From assembly GCA_043778225.1 (NCBI GenBank), contig JAYWGM010000075.1, forward strand, positions 1-64,000: 64,000 nt of DNA. The letters are read 5' to 3'. Shown in pieces: positions 9,371 to 20,052 of the stretch. A model generated the notes under the pieces. It ran no database searches, was not told the DNA's origin, and worked only from the letters and a program-made list of their open reading frames with translations. Position 1 is the first letter of the stretch. Every line of letters begins with the position of its first letter. The translations under genes were made by a program, and so were the position numbers. The stretch is from Deinococcales bacterium. Lineage in GTDB: Bacteria; Deinococcota; Deinococci; Deinococcales; JAAFIG01.

Positions 9371-10756
9371 TTAAGCTCTTGAGCGAATTGTCTCGAGATT
9401 ATCGTTTATCAGCACTTCGCCGTTTTTAAATACAGTTCGCATCACACTGTTTGGGTAACTCGAGCCAAAGTCGGTGTACTGCATGGTGCGAAATTTGCCG
9501 TTCTCGAGAACCAAGTCTAAAATGCCGTCCTTACTGCGTTTGCGCGGGTCGGTCACGGGGTCTTTATAAATTGGGCGGTATATGCCCCCAACAATTCCAG
9601 CACTGGCTTTATAAGCAAAGCGCTGGGTGTCGCGGTCTACTTTTTGCAGCAGCGCTCCGCCCATGCCAAAGCCGACATTCGTGGCACTGTACCCATCGTT
9701 CATAATAGCTGCTAGAATTTCTTTGATGCTGTCTTCATTGATGCCGTCGCCTTGAATCACCCGTACATGATTCAACACTTTGTAACCTTTGGAATTGACT
9801 GTGTGTCCAAATTTGGCATCCAGTGCTTTGACCGACATCCGCACTACGGCGGGTGGGTCGCCACTGTCGGGGCGCACAACCAGAGTCGCACCGCTATCAA
9901 TCACGGCTTGGCGCAATTCCTTCCCCCAAAATTCGTTAATCGCGTGCTTTAGGTCATAACTATCCGAGACAACCGCAAACAATGCTCTCGGTTGTGCAAA
10001 CATCTTGACCATATGGCGGTATGCCTCGAGTTCGTTTTCCTTGCCCCAACTGGTGACGGTGCTGTGTTCGGCAGCTGGAATGCTAAAACCAGCAATGTCT
10101 GCGCCGTAGTAATTTCGCGCCATCCGAATCGCCTCGAGTGTATCCGTACCCATAAAATTTAGCAGGTGCGCCAGTCCACCGATGCCCGCCGATTCACGAC
10201 TGGACACGCCTCTCGAGCCAAAGTCATGGAGCTTAAAAGCAATTTCGCCCTTGGGGTCGTCCGAGCTTTCCTCGAGTGCCTTTTGTATAATTCCACGAAT
10301 AAAGTAGCTCTGGGTGGCGACCGTGGTCGGATACCAAACCCGCATCAGCATCGTTTCAAACCAACTGACCAACCACGGGAAACGTTCGTCGGTGTTGGTA
10401 CAAGTTAGTAAAACATTGTGATTTGGCACCAGCGTACCTTCTGGTACAGCCCGAATCTCGAGTGGCAGTTTGCCCTGTAACTCGGTGGCGATTGTACGCC
10501 AAGCCTCGAGTGGAAAAGGCTCACCATGAGCGCTGAGAACCGCGTTGGCTTCTTCGACCATCTCGAGTGTCACAACCGTAGACAGGTACTTTTTTAGCAC
10601 ATACTGCAAGCCAAAAAAGCGTGTGGCTGGGTACGTTCCACCGCGAGACTCGAGGTAACTCATCATTCGCGTCATGGTTGGCGGGTACTGCATAAAGTGC
10701 GAGCTTTTGTAGCTGTCGGTATCGAGAATGATGTTGTGGTCGTTGATCGGGTTCAT
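9371..10756 (-). CDS. nadV: Nicotinamide phosphoribosyltransferase (NAMPT/NadV-like)
   Basis: DTDSYKSSH, LHDFGSRG, SIPAAEHS, VVRPDSGDP, IQGDG, GMGGALLQ. Confidence 0.9.
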   Translation of the reverse strand: MNPINDHNIILDTDSYKSSHFMQYPPTMTRMMSYLESRGGTYPATRFFGLQYVLKKYLSTVVTLEMVEEANAVLSAHGEPFPLEAWRTIATELQGKLPLEIRAVPEGTLVPNHNVLLTCTNTDERFPWLVSWFETMLMRVWYPTTVATQSYFIRGIIQKALEESSDDPKGEIAFKLHDFGSRGVSSRESAGIGGLAHLLNFMGTDTLEAIRMARNYYGADIAGFSIPAAEHSTVTSWGKENELEAYRHMVKMFAQPRALFAVVSDSYDLKHAINEFWGKELRQAVIDSGATLVVRPDSGDPPAVVRMSVKALDAKFGHTVNSKGYKVLNHVRVIQGDGINEDSIKEILAAIMNDGYSATNVGFGMGGALLQKVDRDTQRFAYKASAGIVGGIYRPIYKDPVTDPRKRSKDGILDLVLENGKFRTMQYTDFGSSYPNSVMRTVFKNGEVLINDNLETIRSRA

Positions 10757-10774
10757 AAGTGCCTCCTGAGGAAT

Positions 10775-10966
10775 AGGGTGAAAAGGTCAAAGGGTTAAAA
10801 GTAAGAGCGATTTGGGGAAGAACAGGGTGAAAAGGTCAAAGGGTTAAAAGGTTAAAAGTAAGAGCGATTTGGGGAAAAACAGGGTGAAAAGGTAAAAGGG
10901 TTAAAAGAGCGATTTGGGTTTAACTTTTTTCCTTTTCGCCTTTTTCCCTTTTTACCTTGCCCTTAA
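10775..10966. repeat. Three ~45-bp direct units built from 8-bp GGTNAAAR repeats, followed by an inverted arm
   Basis: AGGGTGAAAAGGTCAAAGGGTTAAAA...AGAGCGATTTGGG at 10775, 10824 and 10881. Pyrimidine-rich complementary arm at 10921-10966. Confidence 0.9.
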
Positions 10967-11980
10967 AACGAAATGCTCGATGATTGCGTGGTGGTCTTCA
11001 AAGAACAATTCTGGTTTGGATAGGGCTTCTGAAAGCAGCATCCAAAAGGCATCGGCGGCATCGTCTGAGCCTTTGATGGTTGGCAGGCTGCCATTGCCAA
11101 GGTCAAAGTGATAGGCGTGGGTTACGGTGCGACCGCGTAAACTGCGGTCTGGGTAATCAAAGACGGCGGTATTTTTGAGGGTTTTATCTGGCTCGAGTTT
11201 TAAGCCAGTTTCCTCGAGCAATTCGCGCAAACACCCCTCGAGTAAACTTTCTTTTTGGTTCAAAAACCCTCCAGGCATGGCATATTTGCCTTTTCCGGGG
11301 TGGTCGCCGCGTTTTATTACCAGCACAAAACCGCTTTTCATCACGACTGCATCGGTGGTCACAAAAATCGGTGGATACGGCGCAGCAGACCAGAGTTTTT
11401 TATAATCTTGCACGTATTGGTACTCGAGAACAAGGTCTTGGTAGGCTTGAGTTTTTTGAAAATTCTCGAGCCAGATAGCCGTGCTAGGATTGACTAAATT
11501 TTTTATTGGTTGACTTGTCCAAAGCGCCGTGCGAACTTCGGTGGCGCTCTGACTCGAGACGATTTTGGTCGGTAAGTAATCCCACTGCGGAAAGGATTTT
11601 AAGTAATAACTCGAGTTGTCCTTAATATGCCCGAGCAGTGCCACGTGGTCTGAGCCTTTGGTGATGCCGTGTACTCCGTTTTGGACACTTGCCAACCACA
11701 TCGCTTCGTTATAAAAGTAATCGCGCACAAAGCTAAAAGCAATTCGGGATTTATCAATGCCAGCCTGCTCAAGCGCGATTTGAATCAGGCTTTGGCGCTC
11801 TTCGGCGGTAAACGGATTTTTAATACTGCGGGCATTCTTGGCACTGCCAATCACCACAATTAGTTTTTGTACATTCTCTAGTGCCTCGAGCATGACAGCG
11901 ATATGCGTTTGGTGTGGCGGCTGAAACCTGCCGATAAAAACGCCATAGGTGAATTGTGTTTCTGATTTCATGTTATTCAT
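10952..11980 (-). CDS. nadM: Bifunctional NMN adenylyltransferase/ADP-ribose pyrophosphatase (NadM-Nudix)
   Basis: FIGRFQPPHQTH, KNPFTAEER, Nudix box PGGF..RELLEETGL, FEDH. Lies upstream of nadV. Confidence 0.93.
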   Translation of the reverse strand: MNNMKSETQFTYGVFIGRFQPPHQTHIAVMLEALENVQKLIVVIGSAKNARSIKNPFTAEERQSLIQIALEQAGIDKSRIAFSFVRDYFYNEAMWLASVQNGVHGITKGSDHVALLGHIKDNSSYYLKSFPQWDYLPTKIVSSQSATEVRTALWTSQPIKNLVNPSTAIWLENFQKTQAYQDLVLEYQYVQDYKKLWSAAPYPPIFVTTDAVVMKSGFVLVIKRGDHPGKGKYAMPGGFLNQKESLLEGCLRELLEETGLKLEPDKTLKNTAVFDYPDRSLRGRTVTHAYHFDLGNGSLPTIKGSDDAADAFWMLLSEALSKPELFFEDHHAIIEHFVLRAR

Positions 11981-12059
11981 AATAGAATTTTATTTATTAA
12001 AAACATGAGATTTAATCTAAGAGTAAACTCGAGTCGGCAAAATTCAAGTCAGCCAAGTC

Positions 12060-12863
12060 TTATGAAACGACTGTACCCATGCCAGCCAATGCTTTAGAAA
12101 CGGGTTTCTCAAGCCGTGCATCGCCAAAAATCACCCGTTTACAGCCACCCTGCACTGCTTCGGCAGCCCCAAGCACTTTTTTCTTCATGCGGTCTTGGGC
12201 AAACTCGAGGTACGATTCAACATCGTTGGCTGGGATGTGGGTAATTAAACTCGATTCATCTGGAAAATGACGCAGTAAGCCCGGTACATTAGAAAGTAAA
12301 AGTAAGGCTTCGGCTTTGAGTTCGGTTGCCACGGCGGCGGCGGCTCGGTCGCCATCAACGTTAATCGCCACGCCCTCAAAACTCGAGGCGGGTGGCGTTA
12401 GCACGGGTAAATATCCGTTCTCGAGCAGCAGATTCAGCAGTGCGCCATTGACTTTTTCGACTGTGCCAGTATGGTCGCCGCGCAAAATTTTAACCTTGCC
12501 ATTTTCGACCGACCGAACCGAATCCTTGTGTTTACCTTCAAAAATCCGACCATCCAAACCCGATAAACCGACCGCATTGACTCCACGGCGTTGTAAGCGC
12601 TCGACGATGCCTTTATTTTGTTTACCGCAGTAGACCATTTCAAAAATCTCGAGCGTTTCGCGGTCGGTAAAACGGCTGGTATAGCCACTTGGGCTGGTCA
12701 CAAATTTAGGCGGATGCCCGAGCAATTCAGCAATTCGGTTGGTCTCGCTGCTGCCACCATGCACCAAAACAAGTTTTTTACCCTCAAGCCAGAGGTCGGC
12801 TATGTCGTTACACACTGCGTCATAATCAATTCCGAGGCTACCGCCAACTTTAACAACAATCAC
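12060..12863 (-). CDS. lysZ: [LysW]-aminoadipate kinase
   Basis: VVKVGGS, VHGGS, SPSGYTSRFTD, NVDGDRAA, RMKKKV. GTG start follows TAGAAT-N7; alternative ATG at 12872. Confidence 0.9.
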   Translation of the reverse strand: MIVVKVGGSLGIDYDAVCNDIADLWLEGKKLVLVHGGSSETNRIAELLGHPPKFVTSPSGYTSRFTDRETLEIFEMVYCGKQNKGIVERLQRRGVNAVGLSGLDGRIFEGKHKDSVRSVENGKVKILRGDHTGTVEKVNGALLNLLLENGYLPVLTPPASSFEGVAINVDGDRAAAAVATELKAEALLLLSNVPGLLRHFPDESSLITHIPANDVESYLEFAQDRMKKKVLGAAEAVQGGCKRVIFGDARLEKPVSKALAGMGTVVS

Positions 12864-12967
12864 AGGCGGCATTCTAACATTCTGGCAGCCTAAACGATTT
12901 TTTTGCCTTGGATTTAAGGTTTCAAGGCGGGAATCGGTACATAAAAACCTCATAATAACTATGACTT

Positions 12968-13591
12968 TTACATTGCCGAGAGCGAACCTGTGATGGCTGC
13001 CAGAATTTTTTCGTGGATAATTTCTGGCTCGAGGGTTGCATTCAGCACCAAAAAGCGCTCTGGCTCGAGGTTAGCTAACTCGAGAAAACCAGCCCTGACT
13101 TTTTGATGAAACACCAAGTCGGCTTGTTCAAGGCGGTCGGGAGCGCTCACCTTGGCTGCTCGTGCTAAACCTAACCTTGGCTCGAGGTCGAGCAAAATCG
13201 TGACGTGTGGGCGTAATCCGCCAGTCGCTTCCCAAGTCACTTCGCGCAGGAAATCTAAATTTAAGCCGCGTCCAAACCCTTGGTAAGCAAGGCTTGAGTC
13301 AAAAAATCGGTCGCAGATGACCACATGATTGGCAGCCAAACTCGGCACGATGATGTCCTTACAGAGTTGGGTTCTCGAGGCACTAAAGAGTAAAAATTCG
13401 GCAAGCGGGCTAATCTCGAGTTTGGGATTTAAGAGACTTTCTCGAATTGCATTGCCAAGGTCTGTGCCACCGGGTTCTCGAGTCAGGGTGACAGCATAAC
13501 CGGCTCGCTCGAGAGCAGCTTTGAGGAGTTTGGTTTGGGTGCTTTTTCCAGCCCCTTCTGGTCCTTCAAAAGTGATAAAAACGCCAAGCAT
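12968..13591 (-). CDS. tmk: Thymidylate kinase
   Basis: FITFEGPEGAGKSTQ, TREPGGT, CDRFFDSSLAYQG. Confidence 0.96.
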   Translation of the reverse strand: MLGVFITFEGPEGAGKSTQTKLLKAALERAGYAVTLTREPGGTDLGNAIRESLLNPKLEISPLAEFLLFSASRTQLCKDIIVPSLAANHVVICDRFFDSSLAYQGFGRGLNLDFLREVTWEATGGLRPHVTILLDLEPRLGLARAAKVSAPDRLEQADLVFHQKVRAGFLELANLEPERFLVLNATLEPEIIHEKILAAITGSLSAM

Positions 13592-13643
13592 GACTTTACT
13601 TATACCTTTTTTTGATCGCTTCAAAAGTCACGACTTGGGAAAA

Positions 13644-13698
13644 AATTTACAATAATAATTTCACGAAATTGATTTAATCGTGAATCTTTTCACATAAT
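13644..13698 (-). repeat. ~55-bp AT-rich dispersed element, copy 1 of 4
   Basis: Matches copies at 32039, 60211 and 62931. Core TCACGA-N11-TCGTGA. Confidence 0.85.
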
Positions 13699-13709
13699 CT
13701 GTATCGAAC

Positions 13710-13745
13710 TGAGCGCTCGAGTGTATAGCTTAGCTCGAGCGCTCA
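13710..13745. terminator. Hairpin built from two CTCGAG sites (putative terminator)
   Basis: TGAGCGCTCGAG...CTCGAGCGCTCA 12-bp stem just after the lipoprotein stop codon. Confidence 0.6.
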
Positions 13746-13749
13746 AAAC

Positions 13750-15330
13750 TTACTGGGTATTAAAAACTCGAAGACTCGAGTTCAGCAAAGAAAAATCGCG
13801 GTTTATACCAAGGGTCGGATAACCACTTGACCAATTTTCACCTGTAAACGCATCAAGCGAAGCATAACCACCAAGGCTGACAACACCCCACGTGTATTTT
13901 TTGGCAGCCGTGACGCGAAACGAATACGAGGATGTGGTGGTGTAATAAAAAGTTGTTCTGACATCCGTGCCAAGCACCACAACACTGACCGAATCCGCCA
14001 CTGGGGTGTATTTGAGGGTCGCGGACAAACTAAAAATGCTCTGGTTGTTGCTGGGACTGGTTAATAAAGCTGGGGCTGGGATTGGTAAATTGAGGGCTGC
14101 ACCCGACTGAATCCCGCTTTTTTGGATAATCGCTGTACCGCCGCTCGAGTGGTTGGCACTGACCGCCACCGAAAGGCTTTTGCCGGCAATATCTGGGACA
14201 GCATAGGTCGCGTTGGTATCTGGGGTCAGTTCGTTGACCAAGGCAAAAAACGATCTCGAGTCGAGGTTGACATAGACCCCGCGCCCAGAAATGGTTGTGC
14301 CACTCGAGGGCGCAATTGCCAGATTGATGTTACCTGTAGTAACGGCTGATAAAGCCATGTTTTGGGCGGCAGGATTGACCCCATTACTGAGCGTGACTGC
14401 TCGGCTGCCAAAGCCTTTGTAGCTTGTTGGACGGGTCAAACTGGCAGGGTCGGTCGCCCACTGAAGCGCATAGAGTGTTCCACTGACGCTGCTCGAGCCA
14501 GACCATTGACTGGTTAAGCTGTACGCGCCGCCCGTGCCAGCCAGCAAACCCGCCACATTTTTGATGTTGCCAGTCGCATAACTGGTCGGTGCATCGGCTT
14601 GGGCAAAAACAACTTGGGCAAGGTGGTTATTAGGATTTGGAAAGCCAGCCCCGCCGCTTAATGTTCCACTGACGGTGTTTGACCCTGAAAGCGGCGCACC
14701 GCCAGTGTTATTGAGCAGTGGTAGGGTCGGATTGGCTCGAGTTAAGCCGCTAAAAATATGGACTTGCGTACCAATGGTGACCGAAGCATTGTATGGTTTA
14801 TCCACTTCCAAAAACTCAAATTCACCACTGGCGTTGGTCATCACGGCGGGTTTACCAGCCACCGAGATACTGGCATTGGCAATCGCTTGACCAAAGTTAT
14901 TCAGCACTTTGCCAGCCACGGTAATTGTGGTTGGGGCTAAAACCGTGACCTCGAGCGAAAAGTCTCGAGCTTCGAGTTTATTTTCAATCAAGGCGCTGCC
15001 TTTGACCAACACGGTGTATGTACCGGGTGCGCTGGCAGCATCGGCAGTCAGGGTCAGGAGGCTGTCAGCTTTGGTTGGGTTAGCGGCATAGCTGCTCGAT
15101 AATTTGGCGGCACTTTCAATCACAATGCTCGAGAGCGTCACATCGGCTGTAAAGCCATTTTCGGGTATCACCTTAATGCCAATCGTGGTATTGCTGTTTG
15201 GCTTTAAGGTGGCGGTCGTGACGGCTGCCTCGAGGCTAAAATTGGGGGTTGGGGCTGGCGGTAGCGGAGCGGGTTGGCAGGACATCAGGCTTAAAGCCAA
15301 GACCATCAAAGCGCAAATTACTTGATACAT
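13750..15330 (-). CDS. Lipoprotein with Ig-like/carboxypeptidase-regulatory-like domains
   Basis: Lipobox LMSC, beta-rich S/T/G sequence, VAGKVLN..GQAIANASISV..TNASGEF. Confidence 0.75.
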   Translation of the reverse strand: MYQVICALMVLALSLMSCQPAPLPPAPTPNFSLEAAVTTATLKPNSNTTIGIKVIPENGFTADVTLSSIVIESAAKLSSSYAANPTKADSLLTLTADAASAPGTYTVLVKGSALIENKLEARDFSLEVTVLAPTTITVAGKVLNNFGQAIANASISVAGKPAVMTNASGEFEFLEVDKPYNASVTIGTQVHIFSGLTRANPTLPLLNNTGGAPLSGSNTVSGTLSGGAGFPNPNNHLAQVVFAQADAPTSYATGNIKNVAGLLAGTGGAYSLTSQWSGSSSVSGTLYALQWATDPASLTRPTSYKGFGSRAVTLSNGVNPAAQNMALSAVTTGNINLAIAPSSGTTISGRGVYVNLDSRSFFALVNELTPDTNATYAVPDIAGKSLSVAVSANHSSGGTAIIQKSGIQSGAALNLPIPAPALLTSPSNNQSIFSLSATLKYTPVADSVSVVVLGTDVRTTFYYTTTSSYSFRVTAAKKYTWGVVSLGGYASLDAFTGENWSSGYPTLGINRDFSLLNSSLRVFNTQ

Positions 15331-17543
15331 GACTCACTCCTGAGTTTCTGGGTGTAGCGCACTGGACGGTCTGCCCCAGCTTGGTTATCGGTTATCTCGA
15401 GCGTGATGAGGTAGCTGATACCGCAATCATTGGTAAATTTATCGATGATTCTAAAACTGCGAACTGGCATATTGACGGCGCTCGAGCCATTGGTGGTGAT
15501 TGTGTCGGTCGAAATATTAACCGTGACGTTATTGGCGACTCGAGTCAATAACCACTTGACGGTTAAGGACGGGCTGTCTGGGTCTTTGACATAGGCATTC
15601 AGGATAATCTGGGCATCGGTAAAATACTCGACTGTGCCGGCTGGGTCAACACTGGTTGGCGATAAAATTGCGCCAATCGGAGCAGCGTTAAAATTATTTG
15701 GCTTAGGAATCGCATTGACATTGCGGGTTTCAGAAGTTTGCTTGCCACCAGAATCGGTCACGGTTAAGGTCACAGCATGAGTGCCGAGACTCGAGACTTT
15801 GGCACTTGGTTTACCGCAAGCATTGCTTGGGGTGGCTGGAGTGACATTCTGAACGGTAGTACCACCCGCCACAGACCACATAATTTTATTGCAATCAAGC
15901 GCCTCGTTGCCATCTTTCCAACCAGCAATCAAGGAAAACTCGGTGTCCACATAGACCGAGGCTGCCTCGAGTGGTGCGGTAAAAAACACATCTGGTGGGG
16001 TGTTAATCACCGTAAAAGTAACCGTTTTTGGGGCGGAGGCTTTGCCCTGTGAATCGGTGATGCTGGCTGTGACCGTTTGCAGTCCTTCGCTTGTCCAATT
16101 GATGGTCGGGGTGCAAGAAGTCTGGTTTAAGTTAAAACTGCCCTTGCCAGAAACATTGACCGTGGCGGTGGCAATTTTATTTAAGCCATCTTCAAGATCG
16201 CTCGAGAGTAAGCAGACGGCTTTAGCGGTATTTTGTAGTAAATCGGCATTTGGGCTAATCAAGGTGATTTCAGGGGCGGTATTTTCGGCAGTCGCAATTG
16301 TGCCAAACGACTTATTAAAAAACTCGACATCGTAATTGAGGGTTTTGATCCCTAAATCTACGTGTAAACCTAAGCCCGCGACCGCCCCAGCCGACAACGA
16401 CCAAACTGGATTGCGCGGCACAACCGCCTCGAGTTCGAGATACGCGCCAGCCCGCACATATGGACCAACCACGCCATACAACAAAATGTTGCCCTGAACA
16501 TTGATTGTGGCTCGAGCCTTCATGCTGGCACTTGCGCCGCCACCCCCTGCGCTAAAATCTTGTCCAAAACTGCTGCAATTGTTAAAGCCACTGTTGTACT
16601 CGAGGCAACCAAAAGCATCAAACTTGGCATTGGCAGAAAAGGTGGTTTTAGCAGCCACTTGCCCTTTGGCATTTAAGGTGATAATCACTTGGGGTATAAA
16701 AACCAGTGGCACTGGTCCGACAAAAACCGTAATCGGCGCAAAATTGTACTGTGCCAGTTCGATTTCTTTTTCGACCACTTTCGTCAGGTCAATGGTGATG
16801 GTGGTGTTGGCTCGAGATTTAATGCCGTAAGCCACCTTAAAGTACACACCGTTTGGGTAGACGGGTACACCCCAGACTTTTTTCCATTTTAAGCCAGCGC
16901 TGATGCCCTCGCCGGTCTCAAAGTTAAAACTGCCCTTGGCTCGCACTTGGTCGTTGGTGGTGCTGCTGTTGCCGTCGTCATCGTAAACCACGCTGTCAAA
17001 GTTAAAGTCAAAAACTGCCAGTGGTCTTGCGCCTTGGGTCTTGACCGAATAGCTAGATTTCCCATTGGCAAATTTCAAGCCAGGTACAAGTGCCACTGCA
17101 CTGGTCAACTGGGCTGGACTGAGTTTGACATCAAATTCGGCTTCGCCTTGCTCGAAAGCATCACCAAAAGCGGCTTCGGTCGCCAAAACTTCGGTGCTTG
17201 CGCCTTTTGGAGTGATACTCGAGACCGTAAACGAAAAGCCATTTGGGGCTTTGGGGCTTGGCGCACCAACCATCACGCTACCAACCGCTAAAGTGGTCAG
17301 AGCAGGGTCAGTGCTGGCAAAAACAAATTTGGCATTGCATTTTGGGCGTGTTTCGCCAAGGTCTTGGTTTAAGCAGGTCGCAGCATTCAAAAGTGTCAAC
17401 GCCTCGAGTTTGGCAGCGGGTGGAATCACTCGAGTCGTGGCAGCCACTTTTGATTCGACCTTGGGCAGTTCGGTTGTCGGGGTTGGACCACAGGCTGTGG
17501 CAATCACTCCAAATAAAATAAGTACACCGAGTGCAGCTTTCAT
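15318..17543 (-). CDS. Large lipoprotein with Ig/PKD-like repeats
   Basis: AGGAGG RBS, lipobox ATAC, repeated NTxP...TxTVTDSxG modules. Confidence 0.75.
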   Translation of the reverse strand: MKAALGVLILFGVIATACGPTPTTELPKVESKVAATTRVIPPAAKLEALTLLNAATCLNQDLGETRPKCNAKFVFASTDPALTTLAVGSVMVGAPSPKAPNGFSFTVSSITPKGASTEVLATEAAFGDAFEQGEAEFDVKLSPAQLTSAVALVPGLKFANGKSSYSVKTQGARPLAVFDFNFDSVVYDDDGNSSTTNDQVRAKGSFNFETGEGISAGLKWKKVWGVPVYPNGVYFKVAYGIKSRANTTITIDLTKVVEKEIELAQYNFAPITVFVGPVPLVFIPQVIITLNAKGQVAAKTTFSANAKFDAFGCLEYNSGFNNCSSFGQDFSAGGGGASASMKARATINVQGNILLYGVVGPYVRAGAYLELEAVVPRNPVWSLSAGAVAGLGLHVDLGIKTLNYDVEFFNKSFGTIATAENTAPEITLISPNADLLQNTAKAVCLLSSDLEDGLNKIATATVNVSGKGSFNLNQTSCTPTINWTSEGLQTVTASITDSQGKASAPKTVTFTVINTPPDVFFTAPLEAASVYVDTEFSLIAGWKDGNEALDCNKIMWSVAGGTTVQNVTPATPSNACGKPSAKVSSLGTHAVTLTVTDSGGKQTSETRNVNAIPKPNNFNAAPIGAILSPTSVDPAGTVEYFTDAQIILNAYVKDPDSPSLTVKWLLTRVANNVTVNISTDTITTNGSSAVNMPVRSFRIIDKFTNDCGISYLITLEITDNQAGADRPVRYTQKLRSESCIK

Positions 17544-17591
17544 AACCTACCTCCTAGATGCTGAGTACAGCTAAAACAACCTTACATCCCA

Positions 17592-17612
17592 AGCGTCACA
17601 AAAAGCGTCACA
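17592..17612 (-). promoter_or_regulatory. SARP-like direct-repeat box variant upstream of the lipoprotein operon
   Basis: Minus strand TGTGACGCT-TTT-TGTGACGCT, then TAAGGT 7 nt downstream. Confidence 0.5.
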
Positions 17613-17661
17613 AGCCGCCAACCCACTTAGGTTGCTCACCAAGTTTTTGTAACATACACCA

Positions 17662-18990
17662 ATGGCTCGAGCGACCACCCAATTCAAATGCAGTTCATGT
17701 GGCTATACCGCCGCCAAAACTCTTGGGCGTTGTCCGACGTGCAGCGCTTGGAATAGTTTTGAGGAAGTCTCGAGTAGCCCTGCTGCCAAGCGTAATTATT
17801 TACCCAGTGCGGCTCTGGTGCGGCTTGGTAGCGTTGCCAGTCAGTCCGAGCCGCGTATCTCGAGTGGTGTCTCCGAGCTTGACCGTGTGCTGGGTGGTGG
17901 CTGGGTAGCTGGCGGGGTGGTGCTGTTGGGCGGTGAACCGGGCATTGGCAAAAGTACCTTGTTGCTGCAAGTGGCACATCATTTGGCGGTTGCCGACCAA
18001 ACGGTGCTTTATGTGGCTGGCGAGGAATCGCTCGAGCAAGTCCGTTTGCGGGCAGACCGCCTTGGGGTTTCGGGTAATATCTTGATGACTCGGGACATCA
18101 CGGCTGGTGGAATAGCTGCCCTGCTTGAAGCTGAGCGTCCGCGCTTATGTATCGTGGATTCGATTCAAACCATTCAAGCTGGCGAAACAGGGTCGCCGGG
18201 CAGTCTGACCCAAGTGCGAGAAGCCACCGCCCAATTGACTCGAGCCGCCAAAGAAACGGGCAGCAGCATGGTTTTGGTCGGTCATGTCACCAAGGATGGT
18301 TCGGTGGCGGGTCCAAAAGTGATGGAACATATTGTGGACGCAGTTTTAATGCTCGAGAGTGTTGGCAATTACCGAATGCTGCGCTCGATTAAAAACCGCT
18401 TTGGAAACGTCGGCGAACTTGGTGTTTTTGATATGCAAGAAATTGGCTTGGTGGCGGTGGACAACCCATCGGCAGCCTTTCTGGCTGAGCGCCCAATCGG
18501 TGCGCCCGGCAGCGTGGTTGCTGCCACCATGGATGGTCAGCGCCCGTTGCTGCTCGAGGTTCAAGCCCTCGCCGCCAAGACCCCATACCCAGCCCCCAAG
18601 CGGGTGGCGGTTGGTCTGGATGCACGGCGGGTGGATGTGGTGCTGGCGGTTCTCGAGCGCCGCTTGGATTTGAGTTTGGGCGGCTTAGATATTTATGTCA
18701 ATTTGGCGGGTGGCTTACGGGTGGTAGACCCCGGTTTAGATTTAGCGATTGCGCTGGCGGTCTACAGTGCGGTGATGATGAAGCCAATCCCCGAAGGTAT
18801 TGCGGTCTTTGGCGAAGTCGGCTTAGCTGGCGAGGTTCGCAGTGTTTCGCAACCCGCCCGTCGGGCAGCCGAAGCCAAGCGGGTTGGTATCGAACGATTG
18901 ATTGCGCCTCCGGGCGTACAGGGCAGCAGCAGCATTACGATGGTGCGCGATGCGGTACAAATGATGTGGCAACAACGGGCTAAAGTCTAA
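17662..18990 (+). CDS. radA: DNA repair protein RadA/Sms
   Basis: C4 zinc finger, [14 protein letters not shown], Lon-like C-terminus. Confidence 0.97.
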   Translation: MARATTQFKCSSCGYTAAKTLGRCPTCSAWNSFEEVSSSPAAKRNYLPSAALVRLGSVASQSEPRISSGVSELDRVLGGGWVAGGVVLLGGEPGIGKSTLLLQVAHHLAVADQTVLYVAGEESLEQVRLRADRLGVSGNILMTRDITAGGIAALLEAERPRLCIVDSIQTIQAGETGSPGSLTQVREATAQLTRAAKETGSSMVLVGHVTKDGSVAGPKVMEHIVDAVLMLESVGNYRMLRSIKNRFGNVGELGVFDMQEIGLVAVDNPSAAFLAERPIGAPGSVVAATMDGQRPLLLEVQALAAKTPYPAPKRVAVGLDARRVDVVLAVLERRLDLSLGGLDIYVNLAGGLRVVDPGLDLAIALAVYSAVMMKPIPEGIAVFGEVGLAGEVRSVSQPARRAAEAKRVGIERLIAPPGVQGSSSITMVRDAVQMMWQQRAKV

Positions 18991-19003
18991 ATGGGAGCAA
19001 CGC

Positions 19004-20044
19004 ATGAAACCTGAACCTGATTTAATCCGAGCAATTATTCGCGGGGTGTTGGTGCTGCTGGGGGCAGCCATCGGCTGGCGGCTCAGTCCATTGTTGGTTC
19101 AAGATGGACTCAATCAAGCCTACTTTACGCTTTTAGGGGCGCTTTTAATTTCGTTGTTTACGGGGCGTTTAAGTTTTTGGTTGCGTGGCATTGTGGCTCG
19201 TGTTGCCGATGCTTGGGTTCATACACCACCCCAAACGGTTTTAGCAACCACGGTGGCGGCTACTTTTGCTTTAATTCTGAGTTTGCTCTTAAACGGTGTG
19301 ATTTCAAATATCCCCGGTTACACTTGGGTTTGGCAAATCGGCATTACGGTCGTTTTGGCGGTTTTCTTGGTCAGTATCGCGATCATCAATCAACATTTTT
19401 TTACTCCATTTGCTGCGCCAAGTACCAAGACTCAAACAATTAAAGGCGCGGTTGGTTCGCTAAAACTGATCGATACCAACATTATTATTGATGGGCGAGT
19501 TCTCGATGTCGCTCGAGCGGGTTTTCTTGAAGGGATGCTGATTGTGCCGGGTTTTGTGCTGCGCGAATTGCAGTATTTTGCCGATTCGACCGATAAAGAC
19601 CGCCGCGCAAAAGGCAGGCGCGGCTTAGATTTACTCGAGAAACTCAAAGCCGTGCGCCATCTCGAGGTGGTGGTGCGAGAATTTGCCGATTCAGGTGGCG
19701 ATGTCGATGAGCGCCTGATCAAAGCAGCCCTCGAGATTAACGCCAGTGTGGTCACCAACGACACGGGTTTGGCGCGGGTAGCCAGTTTACAAGATGTCAA
19801 AACCCTGTCCTTAAATGTGCTTGCCGATGCCTTAAAACCCAAACTTGGGGCTGGCGACGAACTGACATTACACATCACCAAAGAAGGCAGCCAATCGGGG
19901 CAGGGCATTGGTTATCTCGAGGATGGAACAATGGTGGTGGTCGAGGATGGCTTGGCGTTTAAGGGTCGAATCACCCAAGTTTGCATTCAAACCATCACCC
20001 AAACCGCCCTTGGGCGAATGGTTTTTGCTAAAGTCATCGGTTAG
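19004..20044 (+). CDS. PIN/TRAM domain membrane protein (YacL-like)
   Basis: Transmembrane helices, LIDTNIIIDGR, KGRRGLD, GYLEDGTMVVVE. Conserved position after radA. Confidence 0.92.
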   Translation: MKPEPDLIRAIIRGVLVLLGAAIGWRLSPLLVQDGLNQAYFTLLGALLISLFTGRLSFWLRGIVARVADAWVHTPPQTVLATTVAATFALILSLLLNGVISNIPGYTWVWQIGITVVLAVFLVSIAIINQHFFTPFAAPSTKTQTIKGAVGSLKLIDTNIIIDGRVLDVARAGFLEGMLIVPGFVLRELQYFADSTDKDRRAKGRRGLDLLEKLKAVRHLEVVVREFADSGGDVDERLIKAALEINASVVTNDTGLARVASLQDVKTLSLNVLADALKPKLGAGDELTLHITKEGSQSGQGIGYLEDGTMVVVEDGLAFKGRITQVCIQTITQTALGRMVFAKVIG

Positions 20045-20052
20045 AATCGTTT

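Noticed and set aside
10775..10918. CRISPR array
   Set aside because: Degenerate low-complexity units separated by only about 6 nt; no spacers.
13644..13698. Plain Rex operator or classical dif site as the explanation of the 55-bp element
   Set aside because: Conservation extends well beyond an 18-bp box, one copy lies between convergent genes, and the spacing does not fit 11-6-11 dif.
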